The position numbers and the translations under genes were made by a program. DNA of 59,262 bases from an uncultured Planctomycetota bacterium (GTDB lineage: Bacteria > Planctomycetota > JAJSAM01 > JAKLKS01). The notes beneath the pieces are model-generated. The model searched no databases, was not told the origin of the DNA, and saw only the letters and a program-made list of their open reading frames with translations. Position 1 is the stretch's first letter, and each line of letters begins with the position of its first letter. Positions 1-10,052 of this stretch are shown one piece after another. The stretch covers positions 71,905 through 131,166 of the forward strand of contig CAYJMF010000001.1 in assembly GCA_964370855.1 (NCBI GenBank). Direction: 5' to 3'.

Positions 1-1
1 C

Positions 2-853
2 CTCGTGGATGATCGCGAGGTCCGACCCCATCCTCCTGAGTTCCATCGCACGCTCCACCTTCCGGCCGTAGCACGAGAAGGCCCACGACGCGTTTCCGCC
101 CCCGCAGACCACGAGGTAGCTCAGGTCCCGGCGGACCCGAGGGAGCGGCATCCCTCCGAGACGCTCCACCACATCCTCCAGGAGGATCCGCTCCCCGAAC
201 AGTGAGGATCCCGTCACGCAGAACCGGCGCTCCCGGAACTCGACCTCCGGGCAGGACGCGCAGACCCCGTAGCGGACGTGGTCCTCGGTGAACGGGGCAT
301 CCATGATCCGGCCGGGGTTGGGGTCCTCGAACTCCCGGCAGAACTTCAGAAGGAACCGGTGCTCTTCGGGGTCCACCTCTCCGTCCGCCAGGACCCCCGT
401 AACCAGTGAGTCGATTTCGTCGTAGGGCCAGTGCCCTCGGAGGTTCTCCGCACTCTCCAGCCAGGTCCTGACGCCGCCAAGCTCCTCCTCGGTGACTTTT
501 CCATCCGCGGCGATCCCCACCAGGAGTCCGTGGAGTCGCTGCATGTCCCGGGTCGCGACATCAAAGAAGGGATTCGCGGTCGTTACGCGCTGGGTGAACC
601 ACAGGATGTCCTCCTTCTCCTCCGCGGTGAGGACGCTGTCGGCGATGGACTTTCGGACCCTGGCGATCAGGTCGGCAAAGGCCGGCTTCGTGGTCAAGGC
701 CATGTGCTCATCGCACCATCGGTTCAGGGCCGCCACCTCCTCGGGACTGATCCGGCTGTCGAGCCCGATCCCCTCAATGAGGCCCTGCAAAGTGCTGAGG
801 TCCCGCCCCAAACGCTGCGGACCCGTGTACCGCTCGTAGTCGCGTTCTCCCAT
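2..853 (-). CDS. BRCT-domain protein with duplicated TerB-like N-terminal repeats (3' end runs off the window)
   Basis: Not in the ORF track because there is no stop in the window. Translated by hand from ATG 853 (GGGAGGG upstream): MGERDYERYTGPQRLGRDLSTLQGLIEGIGLDSRISPEE...LHGLLVGIAADGKVTEEE...FCVTG...LGG...YLVVCGGGNASWAFSCYGRKVERAMELRRMG...IIHE, a BRCT-type C-terminus. Confidence 0.8.
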   Translation of the reverse strand, partial: MGERDYERYTGPQRLGRDLSTLQGLIEGIGLDSRISPEEVAALNRWCDEHMALTTKPAFADLIARVRKSIADSVLTAEEKEDILWFTQRVTTANPFFDVATRDMQRLHGLLVGIAADGKVTEEELGGVRTWLESAENLRGHWPYDEIDSLVTGVLADGEVDPEEHRFLLKFCREFEDPNPGRIMDAPFTEDHVRYGVCASCPEVEFRERRFCVTGSSLFGERILLEDVVERLGGMPLPRVRRDLSYLVVCGGGNASWAFSCYGRKVERAMELRRMGSDLAIIHE

Positions 854-1140
854 GCTTCCCTCCCGGCCGGAGTGCTTGTCCCTGGGAGGGGAGTCTAGGG
901 CGTTACTCGGGTGCGGCGCAAGCGTCATGGTCAATCAGTTGCGAGGTCCCCTACGCGAGAGAGTGGAGTTCCGCCGATGGGACACTCGTCCTCCCCGACC
1001 TCGGACGGCAGGGAGTTCGACCGGGCACCCTGGATGTCTCCCGGGAGGGTGCCGGGACCGCCTCGGCGCTGGTCGATGCGTGACCGACGGAGGCCGTCAC
1101 GATGCCCCCGGCGTAGGGGAGGTAGGGCCTCCCCGCCGCG

Positions 1141-4100
1141 CTACCGCTCCCCCAGCGACACGGACCTCCGCTCCGTCGAGGAGACGACGACCGTCTCCTC
1201 CATGGCCTCCCCGCCGGGCATCTCCAGGCGGACGCGGTAGGAGCCCTCGGGGAGGCTGCAGGTGAGCGCGGGCGTGTACTCGGACCGATCCACGCCCTTC
1301 CTCTCGGCGACCACCGCGCCCCCGGCGCCCAGGACGACGAGCCGGCAGTCGGCACCGAACTGCACGCGCTCCGCCACGGCCTCCGCGCCCATCCCCGCCG
1401 GCACCGGGAGACGCGGGTCCTTCGCGTAGACGTCGAGAGTGCCCACGGGCGCCACGACGACGTCGAAGGGGACCTCCACCGCCCCCTCCGGGACGACCAC
1501 GGTCTCCCCGTTCACGGGCAGCAGGTTCGGCCACCCCATGGTGGTGGACTTCACCTCGAACCGGTAGCGCCCCGGGCGAAAACCGCCGACCCGGAAGCGC
1601 CCGTCCGGGGACTGCAGCGGCACGGTGACCGCCTGGGCTCCGGCTGCGGAGCCGGGGAGAGGCGAGAAGCCGAGGTCGTAGAAGGAGACCGGCGTCCCGT
1701 CCGCACGGCGGACGGTGCCGTGGACGGCCGCCCCCCGCTCCAGGGCGACCGCGGGAGAGGGCGGCGGCGCGCCCTCCCGCACCTCCATCCCGGGGAGGAT
1801 CGTCGCGCAGTACCCGGACGACGCCACCGAGAGCGACCAGGTCCCCGGCGTCACCCCCTCGAACGCGCTCCGCCCCGGGGCCACGGGCACCCCGTCGATC
1901 CGCCGCCCCTCCTCGCCGTAGAGAGCCGCGCCGAACCGCACGACCGGTTTCCCCGTCGCCGCGTCGGTCACCGTGCATTCGAGATGCGCCCCGGCCGGAG
2001 CCTCGTCCGGCGGCAGGGTGATCACCAGGTCCGTCGCGTTCGTCGCGACGCCCGTGGCGATCGTCCGGAGGAACCGCGACTCCCCCGCCCCCCCGTGCTC
2101 CCGGAAGGCCTGCGCGCAGACCATGTAGGGACCCTCGGGCAGGTCCCGCGCGTGGAACTTCCCGTCCTCCTCGACGCGGAAGAAGCCGTGGTAGTACCGG
2201 GCCGCGTCGGTGCTGCGGGCCGCCCGGTTCTCGTCGGGGGGGAAGACATCGTCCGCCGTGGCCCGCCCGTCGGCCACGGTCACCCACGCGCCCGGGTCGG
2301 GGCTTCCGTCGGCACGCAGGACGGACCCGGTGAGTTCGAGCCCCCGGCGCAGGACCACCCGCACCTCGTCGCCGCCACCGGCCTCCGGCGTGACGAACTC
2401 CCGTGTCCATGCGAAGCCGGGAGCCGCGACGTCCACCGCGATCTGGAAGGGGTCCGTCTCCCCCCAGTCGAAGTAGAGCCGCCCCCGCCCGTCGGGCCCC
2501 GTCCGGAGCGAGGCGTACTCCACCGGGGAGGACGCGGTGTCGTGGCGCTGCCCCGCCCGGAAGGATGCGCCCGGCACGGGCCGGCCCTCCCCGTCCACCA
2601 CGAGGAAGGGCGTCCAGGAGAGTTCCGGCTCCCCGAGGACGAGGTCCGGGGCGATCGCGACCCCGCCCGGAACCCCCTCCACGACGACCTCCCCGTCCGG
2701 CCCCCGCGCGAAGCCCGACAACGGGCGTTGCCTCGTTCCCGCGACGCGGAGCGCCGTCGGGACCCCGTCCCGCAACGGGATTCCGTCCATCCGGTAGCGG
2801 CCGCTTCCGTCGGTCACCGCGAAGTCCGCCGGGTATCCCCGGAGCCCCCACAGGAAGGAGCGCAGCATGCCGCCGGCGCTCGCCGGATCTCCCGGGGACG
2901 CCTGGACGAGGGCCTCCGCGAGGGGCTTTCCCTCGCCGTCCACGACACGCCCCTCCACCGCGGCGGCCGGCGACAGGAGGACGAGGGCCTCGGCCCCCTC
3001 GCCCCCGTCCGGCGCCATGACCGTGCCCAGGCCGGTGCTCCAACCCTCCTTCCACGCGACGACGAGCCCCTCCGGGCCGCCGAAGTTCTGGGCGGCCGAC
3101 CGGTGGAACCCGCGGGTGCAGAAGTGCTGGAACGTGAACGACCCGTCGGGCCCCGAGAGGACCCGGGCATCCCCCGCCGCCGGGGGCACGACCCCCTCCC
3201 AGGGAGCCGGTCCGCCCGAGGGGAGTTCCGCCGGCCAGCCCCGGGCGCCCTGGGGTGCCAGGGCGATCACCGTGGCCCCGGGCACCGGTTCCTTCGTGCG
3301 GAAGTCCAGCACCCGGCCCGTGAGGACGGAGCCCCGCGATAGGTGGAAGTCCTGCCGGACCTCCGCCCCCGGGGGGAACTCCGGCAGGGACTGCTCGAAG
3401 AAGCTCCGGCCCCCCAGGTAGAGCGGCGCGAATCCCGATGCTCCGACGGAGACGCACAACTGCAGGGGGTTCATGTTGTTGAGGCGGTTCGGGGGCACGC
3501 CCTCCAGCCGGTAGGAGCCGTCCGGGCCGGACCGCACGGAGAGGTCGAAGCCGACGCGGGTCTCCCAGGCGAGTCCGTAGACGCGGACGAGGGCGCCGGC
3601 GACGGGACCTCCCTCCTCCGCCAGGACCCGCCCGACCAGGGTCGCGGTGCGATCCAGGACCAGGACGAGGTCGGACGCCCCGGGGCGCACTCCCTTCCTC
3701 TCCGCCGGGGCGAAGCTGGGAGCCCCGGCCGTGATCGAGCAAACCACGGTGCCAGGATCCAGCGGGACGACGAAGGCGCCGCCGGCGTCGGCGGAGACGG
3801 TGCGGGTCCTCGCGCCGTCCTTCCCCGCCCCGGCGACGTCCACGACGCCGGCTCCGGGGTCGTTCGCGGGGAAGAGGTCGTCGGGGACGGAGACTACGAG
3901 CGCTCCCGGGATCGGCACGCCCTGGCGATCGACCACCCGTCCGGAGACGGGGGGGAGGGACGGCGCGTCGGGAGGGAGTTCCGTCGGGGGCCGGGACTCC
4001 GGCGGGGCCTCGGCGAGGGCGGGGCCGAGGACGCGGTCGGCGGGGACGGGCCCCGGGGCTGCGAGCCCGCCCCCTCCACTTTCGCCTGCCCTCTCCGCGC

Positions 4101-4854
4101 GCAGCGCGAAGAACGCCAGCAGCGCCGCCGCCAGAAGCCCCGCCGCGATCGCGCTCTTCTTCGCCATGAATACACCTCCCAGGATCGCGGCCGTGCCGAG
4201 CCCCCCCGTCGCCACCGTCACCCTCCGTCGGGCCGCGTCGAGGACGGCCTCCCGCACCGCGTCGTACCCCCGGGGGGGACGGTGCCCCAGCACCACCACC
4301 GCCAGCCCCCCCAGCGCCTTCCGAAGCCGCTCCCCCGCCCGGTGGAGCAGGGAGCGCACCGTGCCCGGGGGCTCGCGCCGCAGCTCGGCGATCTCCCCCG
4401 GCTCCAGCCCGTACCGCCAGCGGAGCAGGCTCACGGAGCGGTAGGGCTCCTCCAGCCCCTCCAGCGCCGCGCGCACGCGCTCCCGCTCCTCGGCCCGCAC
4501 GGCCTCCTCAGGGGGACCCGGTGGGAGGATCGGCGGCGGGAGGCGTGCGGCGTCGGGGACGCGGGCCCCGCGGCGGCGGGCGCGGAGGATCTCGATGCGG
4601 AGGATGCCCGCCAGCCAGGGCACGACGGGACGCACGCCGTCCCATCGGTCCGCCTGCTCCAGAGCGGTGAGGAAGGTCTCCTGGAGCGCGTCCTCGGCGG
4701 CGGCGGCGTCGGGCGCCAGCGCCAGGGCGATGCGGAACAGCTCAGGAGCCGTGGCGTCGAACAGCGCGCCCAGCGCCCCCGGCTGCCCCGTCGTGCGGAA
4801 CCTCCTCAGGAGGTCCTCGGGAGCCGCCGGGCGGGACGCCTGCCGCGTGTCCAT
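1141..4854 (-). CDS. ECF sigma-70 factor fused via a TM helix to carboxypeptidase-regulatory-like repeats (~1237 aa)
   Basis: Region 2 (AEDALQETF...WLAGILR) and region 4 (LEEPYRSVSLLRWRYGLEPGEIA...GTVRSLLHRAGERLR), then TM (AIAAGLLAAALLAFFAL), Pro-rich linker and repeated GRVxDxxGxPVxGAxV...DGxF modules. Start moved to ATG 4854 (MDTRQ). Confidence 0.88.
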   Translation of the reverse strand: MDTRQASRPAAPEDLLRRFRTTGQPGALGALFDATAPELFRIALALAPDAAAAEDALQETFLTALEQADRWDGVRPVVPWLAGILRIEILRARRRGARVPDAARLPPPILPPGPPEEAVRAEERERVRAALEGLEEPYRSVSLLRWRYGLEPGEIAELRREPPGTVRSLLHRAGERLRKALGGLAVVVLGHRPPRGYDAVREAVLDAARRRVTVATGGLGTAAILGGVFMAKKSAIAAGLLAAALLAFFALRAERAGESGGGGLAAPGPVPADRVLGPALAEAPPESRPPTELPPDAPSLPPVSGRVVDRQGVPIPGALVVSVPDDLFPANDPGAGVVDVAGAGKDGARTRTVSADAGGAFVVPLDPGTVVCSITAGAPSFAPAERKGVRPGASDLVLVLDRTATLVGRVLAEEGGPVAGALVRVYGLAWETRVGFDLSVRSGPDGSYRLEGVPPNRLNNMNPLQLCVSVGASGFAPLYLGGRSFFEQSLPEFPPGAEVRQDFHLSRGSVLTGRVLDFRTKEPVPGATVIALAPQGARGWPAELPSGGPAPWEGVVPPAAGDARVLSGPDGSFTFQHFCTRGFHRSAAQNFGGPEGLVVAWKEGWSTGLGTVMAPDGGEGAEALVLLSPAAAVEGRVVDGEGKPLAEALVQASPGDPASAGGMLRSFLWGLRGYPADFAVTDGSGRYRMDGIPLRDGVPTALRVAGTRQRPLSGFARGPDGEVVVEGVPGGVAIAPDLVLGEPELSWTPFLVVDGEGRPVPGASFRAGQRHDTASSPVEYASLRTGPDGRGRLYFDWGETDPFQIAVDVAAPGFAWTREFVTPEAGGGDEVRVVLRRGLELTGSVLRADGSPDPGAWVTVADGRATADDVFPPDENRAARSTDAARYYHGFFRVEEDGKFHARDLPEGPYMVCAQAFREHGGAGESRFLRTIATGVATNATDLVITLPPDEAPAGAHLECTVTDAATGKPVVRFGAALYGEEGRRIDGVPVAPGRSAFEGVTPGTWSLSVASSGYCATILPGMEVREGAPPPSPAVALERGAAVHGTVRRADGTPVSFYDLGFSPLPGSAAGAQAVTVPLQSPDGRFRVGGFRPGRYRFEVKSTTMGWPNLLPVNGETVVVPEGAVEVPFDVVVAPVGTLDVYAKDPRLPVPAGMGAEAVAERVQFGADCRLVVLGAGGAVVAERKGVDRSEYTPALTCSLPEGSYRVRLEMPGGEAMEETVVVSSTERRSVSLGER

Positions 4855-5115
4855 GCGGTGATTCTCCACACGAGAGGGGGTCCGCGTTGCACGGGGAATC
4901 GAGAGGCCCCCTACGGAAACGGACGCCACGGTGGTGTTCCGGCTCTGCCGAATCGAGAACCCTATCGCTCCAACCCTTTGCGCATGCCAGGCTGGGCCAA
5001 GAACGGCAGACGTCAGGTTTCGCCCAATCTCCAGACTCATCTTGCAAGGCCAAGCGGTCACTCCCACCTCGATCGAACAGCACGCCTAGGTGAGTCGAGC
5101 CCTATCCTATGGACT

Positions 5116-6390
5116 ATGTCACCCTCACGGACACCCCGCGCGGACCTAAGCGACTGGCTGATCCACTTTCTTCGGGATCCGACGCCTGATGAAACCTCGG
5201 AGTCCGCGTACAGCGAGAACTACGAGTTGCCGCTGTACTACGACGACACCGGCACCCCCATCTACCCGGGGACCGACAGCGACTATGACAGCGTGGAGAA
5301 GCGGGAGCTCCACTGCGCTGCGCTTCCGGTGCTTCGCACAATCATCACCGAGGGCTGGCTCCGCCCATCCTGGGGGTTCGTCAAAGGCCGCCCCACGGTC
5401 TACGGTCCGAGAGCAGCCGTGTGCTTCACGGAGATGACGCTCGGGGCGTATATCACCTACGCCCGGACGCGAGGCGATTCTGAACGCGTCTCAAGGTTCG
5501 CAATTGCAGTCCGACGAGAAGACATGTTCGAAGCGGGGGCTCGTCCCGTGATCTACGGCCTCTCCGGTGACCACAGGGAGGCAGGGGCGGGCGACCCATA
5601 CGCCGGGCGCGGAATGCGATGCCTCGCCGCGTCTTGTGGGATAGGGCTCAAAGAGCAGTACAGATACGTATCGATGTCTCTGGACCCACCACGGCTGATT
5701 GACTGGACCCAGGAGCGTGAATGGAGATGGCCTTTCACGCGCGTCTCAGAGTTCCTACACGGACTCCCCCTCTGGGCTCCCAAGGGCCAATTCCTTGCTC
5801 GTGACGTCATCGTGATTGTGCCCGAAGCGAAGATCGCAGAGGAGGTCGTCGGTCTTCTGGCCCATGCACTTCAAGACGGCTACACGCAGTTCGACGACCA
5901 GTACTGCGCCAGTACCCTTCACCGGACCCGCGTGTTGTCCCTCGACCAACTTGCGGAATCGAAAAACGCCGAGATGCTCCGAATCGAAGACCTTCCATTC
6001 ATGTCCCTTCCACGGGTTCAGTTGCCGACGCCCTCCAAGGAGACGTGCGCCCTTGCCAGGGAGGCGATCACCTTTGCGCGAATCGCGGCCTCTACCGCCT
6101 TGGAGGAAAGGCGGAGTACCATGAGGCGTAGTCCGGAAGGGCACATCCTCGCGACCTTTGGCTTCGCCTATGTCTGGACGTATGACGCCCAGTCCGAGGT
6201 GACGGCGGCACTCCTTGAGACTGGGCTGGCCTCGGCCAAGTCTGGCCCAGGCTATATGGTCACCGGCTGGGGTGATGGCCTTGACTTCGAAGGAATGATC
6301 GACCTAGCCGAGTCTGCAGCAAAGGCCGCCGCCGACTGTCTCTCAGAGCGCCTGGGCCAACCGTTCTACGTCCACAGCCGCATGGACTAG
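5116..6390 (+). CDS. AbiGi-like / DUF4427 family protein (putative defence, 424 aa)
   Basis: The real gene is the C-terminal part of track ORF 3343..6390. Motifs R.DLSDWLIHF.RD, TVYG..AVCFTEM, GARPVIYGL, EQYRYV and DWTQEREWRWP match my recollection of the DUF4427/AbiGi family. GC is visibly lower than the flanks. Confidence 0.72.
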   Translation: MSPSRTPRADLSDWLIHFLRDPTPDETSESAYSENYELPLYYDDTGTPIYPGTDSDYDSVEKRELHCAALPVLRTIITEGWLRPSWGFVKGRPTVYGPRAAVCFTEMTLGAYITYARTRGDSERVSRFAIAVRREDMFEAGARPVIYGLSGDHREAGAGDPYAGRGMRCLAASCGIGLKEQYRYVSMSLDPPRLIDWTQEREWRWPFTRVSEFLHGLPLWAPKGQFLARDVIVIVPEAKIAEEVVGLLAHALQDGYTQFDDQYCASTLHRTRVLSLDQLAESKNAEMLRIEDLPFMSLPRVQLPTPSKETCALAREAITFARIAASTALEERRSTMRRSPEGHILATFGFAYVWTYDAQSEVTAALLETGLASAKSGPGYMVTGWGDGLDFEGMIDLAESAAKAAADCLSERLGQPFYVHSRMD

Positions 6391-6421
6391 CAGCCTGTCG
6401 CGGTTCCCCGCGACAGGCTGC
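6390..6421. terminator. Perfect 14-bp hairpin between convergent genes
   Basis: GCAGCCTGTCGCGG-TTCC-CCGCGACAGGCTGC directly after the stop of 5116..6390. There is no U-tract. Confidence 0.45.
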
Positions 6422-6504
6422 CGGGGGAAATCGACTCCGAACGGATCACCGGGGGCTTACCGCGCCTCCACCTCATCCATGGATGCCGGGAGCGACCCCC
6501 GGGC

Positions 6505-9500
6505 TCACTCCACCGTCGTCTCCTCCCCCACCCGCACGACCACCCGCCGCGTCTCGGGGTCCCGCCGCGCCAGACCGAGGGAGAGGGTCATCTCGTATTC
6601 CCCGGGGGGAAGGAGCGCCACGTAGCCCTTCCCCGCGACGCCGGGGAGGCTCGTCTCGAGGCCGGACCATGGAACGATGCCCGCCGCGTCCTTCAGGACG
6701 ACCCACCGCTCCTTCCCGTCCCCGCGAGGGACCAGCACCAGTCGCCCCGCGGGAGCAAGGGAGACCGGGACGGGCGCCGCGTCCCCGGGGTCGATGCGCG
6801 ACGCCACCGCGGCCGTCCCCGCGGAAGGGTCGGACAGCCAGACCGTCCAGGCCCCCCCGGCCCGGACCGAGGCGACCAGCTCCTCGCCCTTCACCCGGAA
6901 GGGGCGACTCCGCCGGTCCCCCTCCGTCGCCCACGCCGTCACCGCGCGGGCCGCGACCCCCGCCGGCGCCACCCGAAGATCCACGGACCGTTGCGCCGGG
7001 TCCGCCTTCGGCCGGGGAGCGCAGGCCACCGCCACCTCCGCCGTCCCGCCCTCGGCCAGGACCACCCCGCGCACCTCCCCGGTCCGCTCCCCGGACTGGA
7101 CCACGACCCGCCAGGTGCCGGCCGGGATGAGCTCAAGGACGAAGGAACCGTCGGGCCCCACCCGGGCCGGCTGGATCCCCCCGGCGGGCGCCTCCCCCTC
7201 CTCGGTCCAGATCATCGCCATGGCCATCTCCCGCATCGGCAGGCCCTCCTCGTCCAGCGCCCGCCCCCGCACCGAGGCCGACCCGGCGGCGGCCTTCGGC
7301 GCGAGGACGAGGGTGAAGGGGCCCGGGTCCTCCGCGGGCAGGACGATGGTCCCGGTCCAGGGGGCGCTGGCCATGGGCTGGAGGCTCACGGTCCTCCCCG
7401 GCTCCAGGGGAAGGAGGACCCCTCCCTCGCCGTCGCTCGCCACGACCCGGGTCGGGATCGGGCTCCGCGGGCCGCGGCCCCCCTCCCCCGGGGATTGGGG
7501 CAGGATCTGGAGGGAGACGCCGGGCACCGGCGCGCCGCTCCCGTCCACCACGCGCCCCGGGACCTCCCGCGACCGGACCAGCAGGATATCCCCGTAGTCC
7601 CCGCCGGCCACGGTCGAGGGGGCCTCGAGGACCGTGGGGAGGAAGCCCGGCGCCAAGGCGACCGGGTACTGCCCCTCCGTCAACCCCTCCACCAGGAAGC
7701 GCCCGTCGGGGCCGGCCGCGGCGGCTCCGGAGGGGCGGCCGGAGACCCCCTCCCAGCGGATGAGGGCCCCCGGCACGGGCGCGTCCTCCCCGTCCAGGAC
7801 CCTGCCGCGGATGGAGATGGAGCCCAGCGGGCGCAGCCGCACCTCGACCGCGGCGTCGGCGTCGGCTCCGTCCAGCCGGGTGGCGAAGGGCAGGTACCCC
7901 TCCAGTTCCCCGACGAGGAGCAGCGGGTCGCCGGGAGAGACCGTGGAAAGGGCGAAGGACCCGTCCGCGGCGGAAACGGCGGCGACGGCTTCGCCGAGGG
8001 CCTCGGCGGCCTCCAGGGTGTTGTTCCAGGAGACGTTCGGCTTCCCCTCGCCGAGGAGGAACGCCATGGCCCGGACCCGGACCCCGGCCAGGGGCGCGCC
8101 CGTAACGGCGTCCACGGCCCTGCCCTGGACGCCGGCCGCGGGCTCCAGCACGATCTCCGCGGGCGGTCCCCCCTCGCACACCCCCACCTGCCCGCCGTCG
8201 GCGGGCCGGAAGCCCTCGTGGGCGCCTGCGACGGCGTACCACCCCGGCGCCAGCCCCTCCGCCCCGTAGAGTCCGTCGCCGAGGTCGCGGAGCGGGACCC
8301 ACCCGAAGCCGAACATCCCGTCCCGCCAGGCCAGGGTCCGTCGATCTTGGCCGAGGACGACGGCGCCGCCCGGGAGCGGCTTCCCGGAGGGGGCGCGGAG
8401 GAGGACGCGCAGCGGGAGCGGCCGGTCCAACTCCACCACGAAGGGCCGGGGGGACCCGGGGTTCCAGGAGACGCGCGTCTCGGCGAAGCCGTCGGCGGAG
8501 ACGGAGAGAAGCGCCGAGGAGGGCGTGGAGAGGCCGGGCAGGCGGAAGGTGCCGTCAGAGTCGCTCCGGGCGGTGGCGGTGAAGGTGCCGTGGATGCCGA
8601 CGAGGGGGCCCAGGGGACCGGCGTACCGGTCGTACTCGATACGGATGGCGGCTCCCGGGATCGGGGCGCGGTCGGCCCGGCGCAGAACCTCCCCCTCCAG
8701 CAGGAACCCGACCGCCAGGCGGACGACGGTCTCCCCGTCCTCCCCCGCGACGGCGGCGTCGCCGGGGGCGAACCCCTCCTTCTCGGCCCGGAGGAGGCCG
8801 GGGAACGGGAGGTCCTTCCCGCTCCAGGTGGCGCGGCCGTCGGGACCGGTGTCGCCGAGGAGGACGGGCGGGCCGGTCTCCCGGCCCGAGGGGAGGAAGG
8901 AGAGGCGGGCGCCGGCGGCGGGAGTCCCGTCGGGAAGGAGGACCTGGACGGTGCCGGCGAGCGTGGCGGGAGGGGTTGCGGGCGGGAATGCGGCCGGGGA
9001 AGCGGGCCGTGCCCGATCCGGCTCCGGCACCACCGCCACCGTCGGAGGGGAGAGGGGACCGTGATGGGTCGGCGGCGCCTCCTGCCATCCCGGCCACAGG
9101 AGGATCCCCGCGACCCCGAGGACGAGGATGGCGGCCGCCACGGCCACCTTGGTCTTGACTGCCATGATCAGGACTCCTGCCGTGGCGGCGGCAGCCGCGC
9201 CGGCCCCCCCCGCCCCGGCCCCCACCGGGGGACGCCGGAGCATCGGGAGGAGGGCGAGCGCCCAGGTGCGCCGCTTCCCCCCGTTCTCGGCGTCCAGCCT
9301 CTCGCGCAGCCGTTCGACCGCCCTCTTGAGGCGGGTGCGCACGGTTTCCACGGGGATGCCCTGGAGGTCGGCGATGGCCCTCGACTCCATCCCCTCGAAG
9401 TAGCGGAGCAGGACCGTCGCCCGGTAGGGCTCCTCCAGCTCGAGGACGGCGTGGGCGACCCGGTCCAGGGTCTCGGCCCGCGCGACCAGTTCCGCGGGGG

Positions 9501-9789
9501 ACGCGTCGATGCGCTCCGGCCGGGAGGCCGCCTGCTCGTGGCGGCGGCGCGTCCGCGCGCTCCTCCCCGCGTCGATGGCGGTGAACCGAAGCACCGACCA
9601 GAGCCACCCGCGCGGGGAGGCCGGCCCGCGGGCGGGCGGCTTCTCGAGGGTCTCGAGCCAGACCTGCTGCCCGAGGTCCTCGGCGTCCGCGTCCCCGTAG
9701 ACCAGGGCCCGGGCCGCCCGCTCCACCCACTCCCGGTGGGCGAGGAGCGCCTCGGGTCGGAAGGGGGACGGGGGTCCGTTCATGGGCAT
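6505..9789 (-). CDS. ECF sigma-70 factor fused via a TM helix to carboxypeptidase-regulatory-like repeats (~1094 aa)
   Basis: DAEDLGQQVW...RGWLWSVLR; LEEPYRATVLLRYFEG...GIPVETVRTRLKRAVERLR; TM VAVAAAILVLGVAGILLW; beta-sandwich repeats. Start is 9789 or 9783. Confidence 0.88.
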   Translation of the reverse strand: MPMNGPPSPFRPEALLAHREWVERAARALVYGDADAEDLGQQVWLETLEKPPARGPASPRGWLWSVLRFTAIDAGRSARTRRRHEQAASRPERIDASPAELVARAETLDRVAHAVLELEEPYRATVLLRYFEGMESRAIADLQGIPVETVRTRLKRAVERLRERLDAENGGKRRTWALALLPMLRRPPVGAGAGGAGAAAAATAGVLIMAVKTKVAVAAAILVLGVAGILLWPGWQEAPPTHHGPLSPPTVAVVPEPDRARPASPAAFPPATPPATLAGTVQVLLPDGTPAAGARLSFLPSGRETGPPVLLGDTGPDGRATWSGKDLPFPGLLRAEKEGFAPGDAAVAGEDGETVVRLAVGFLLEGEVLRRADRAPIPGAAIRIEYDRYAGPLGPLVGIHGTFTATARSDSDGTFRLPGLSTPSSALLSVSADGFAETRVSWNPGSPRPFVVELDRPLPLRVLLRAPSGKPLPGGAVVLGQDRRTLAWRDGMFGFGWVPLRDLGDGLYGAEGLAPGWYAVAGAHEGFRPADGGQVGVCEGGPPAEIVLEPAAGVQGRAVDAVTGAPLAGVRVRAMAFLLGEGKPNVSWNNTLEAAEALGEAVAAVSAADGSFALSTVSPGDPLLLVGELEGYLPFATRLDGADADAAVEVRLRPLGSISIRGRVLDGEDAPVPGALIRWEGVSGRPSGAAAAGPDGRFLVEGLTEGQYPVALAPGFLPTVLEAPSTVAGGDYGDILLVRSREVPGRVVDGSGAPVPGVSLQILPQSPGEGGRGPRSPIPTRVVASDGEGGVLLPLEPGRTVSLQPMASAPWTGTIVLPAEDPGPFTLVLAPKAAAGSASVRGRALDEEGLPMREMAMAMIWTEEGEAPAGGIQPARVGPDGSFVLELIPAGTWRVVVQSGERTGEVRGVVLAEGGTAEVAVACAPRPKADPAQRSVDLRVAPAGVAARAVTAWATEGDRRSRPFRVKGEELVASVRAGGAWTVWLSDPSAGTAAVASRIDPGDAAPVPVSLAPAGRLVLVPRGDGKERWVVLKDAAGIVPWSGLETSLPGVAGKGYVALLPPGEYEMTLSLGLARRDPETRRVVVRVGEETTVE

Positions 9790-10052
9790 CCAGGGGGGGA
9801 TCGGATGCCGAGTGTGCGCTGGTTCAGGACGGAGGTCAACGGGATCGGCGGGCACCTCATCGACCAGGTGGATGCGGGGAGGGCCGGAGGACTCCCGAGT
9901 GGGTGATTCGGGGTCACCGCATGACCCGGACCTGCGCTCGGGATCGAGGTCTGCTGCCGGTTCCGAGTCCGGGGGGCCCCCGATCGGGGCCGCGATCTAC
10001 GGGAGGGTCGCCCCCGGGCCCGTCCGGGTAGCATGGCCCGTGGAGGGAGCCC

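Noticed and set aside
3343..5115. N-terminal 591 aa of track ORF 3343..6390
   Set aside because: Antisense to the sigma fusion; family-like sequence begins only at ATG 5116.
6457..6507. In-frame 15-codon extension after the TGA of the 6505 gene, ending EVEAR* like the paralogue ending VEVDAR*
   Set aside because: The gene already ends with a normal terminal strand; the match is too short to claim readthrough.
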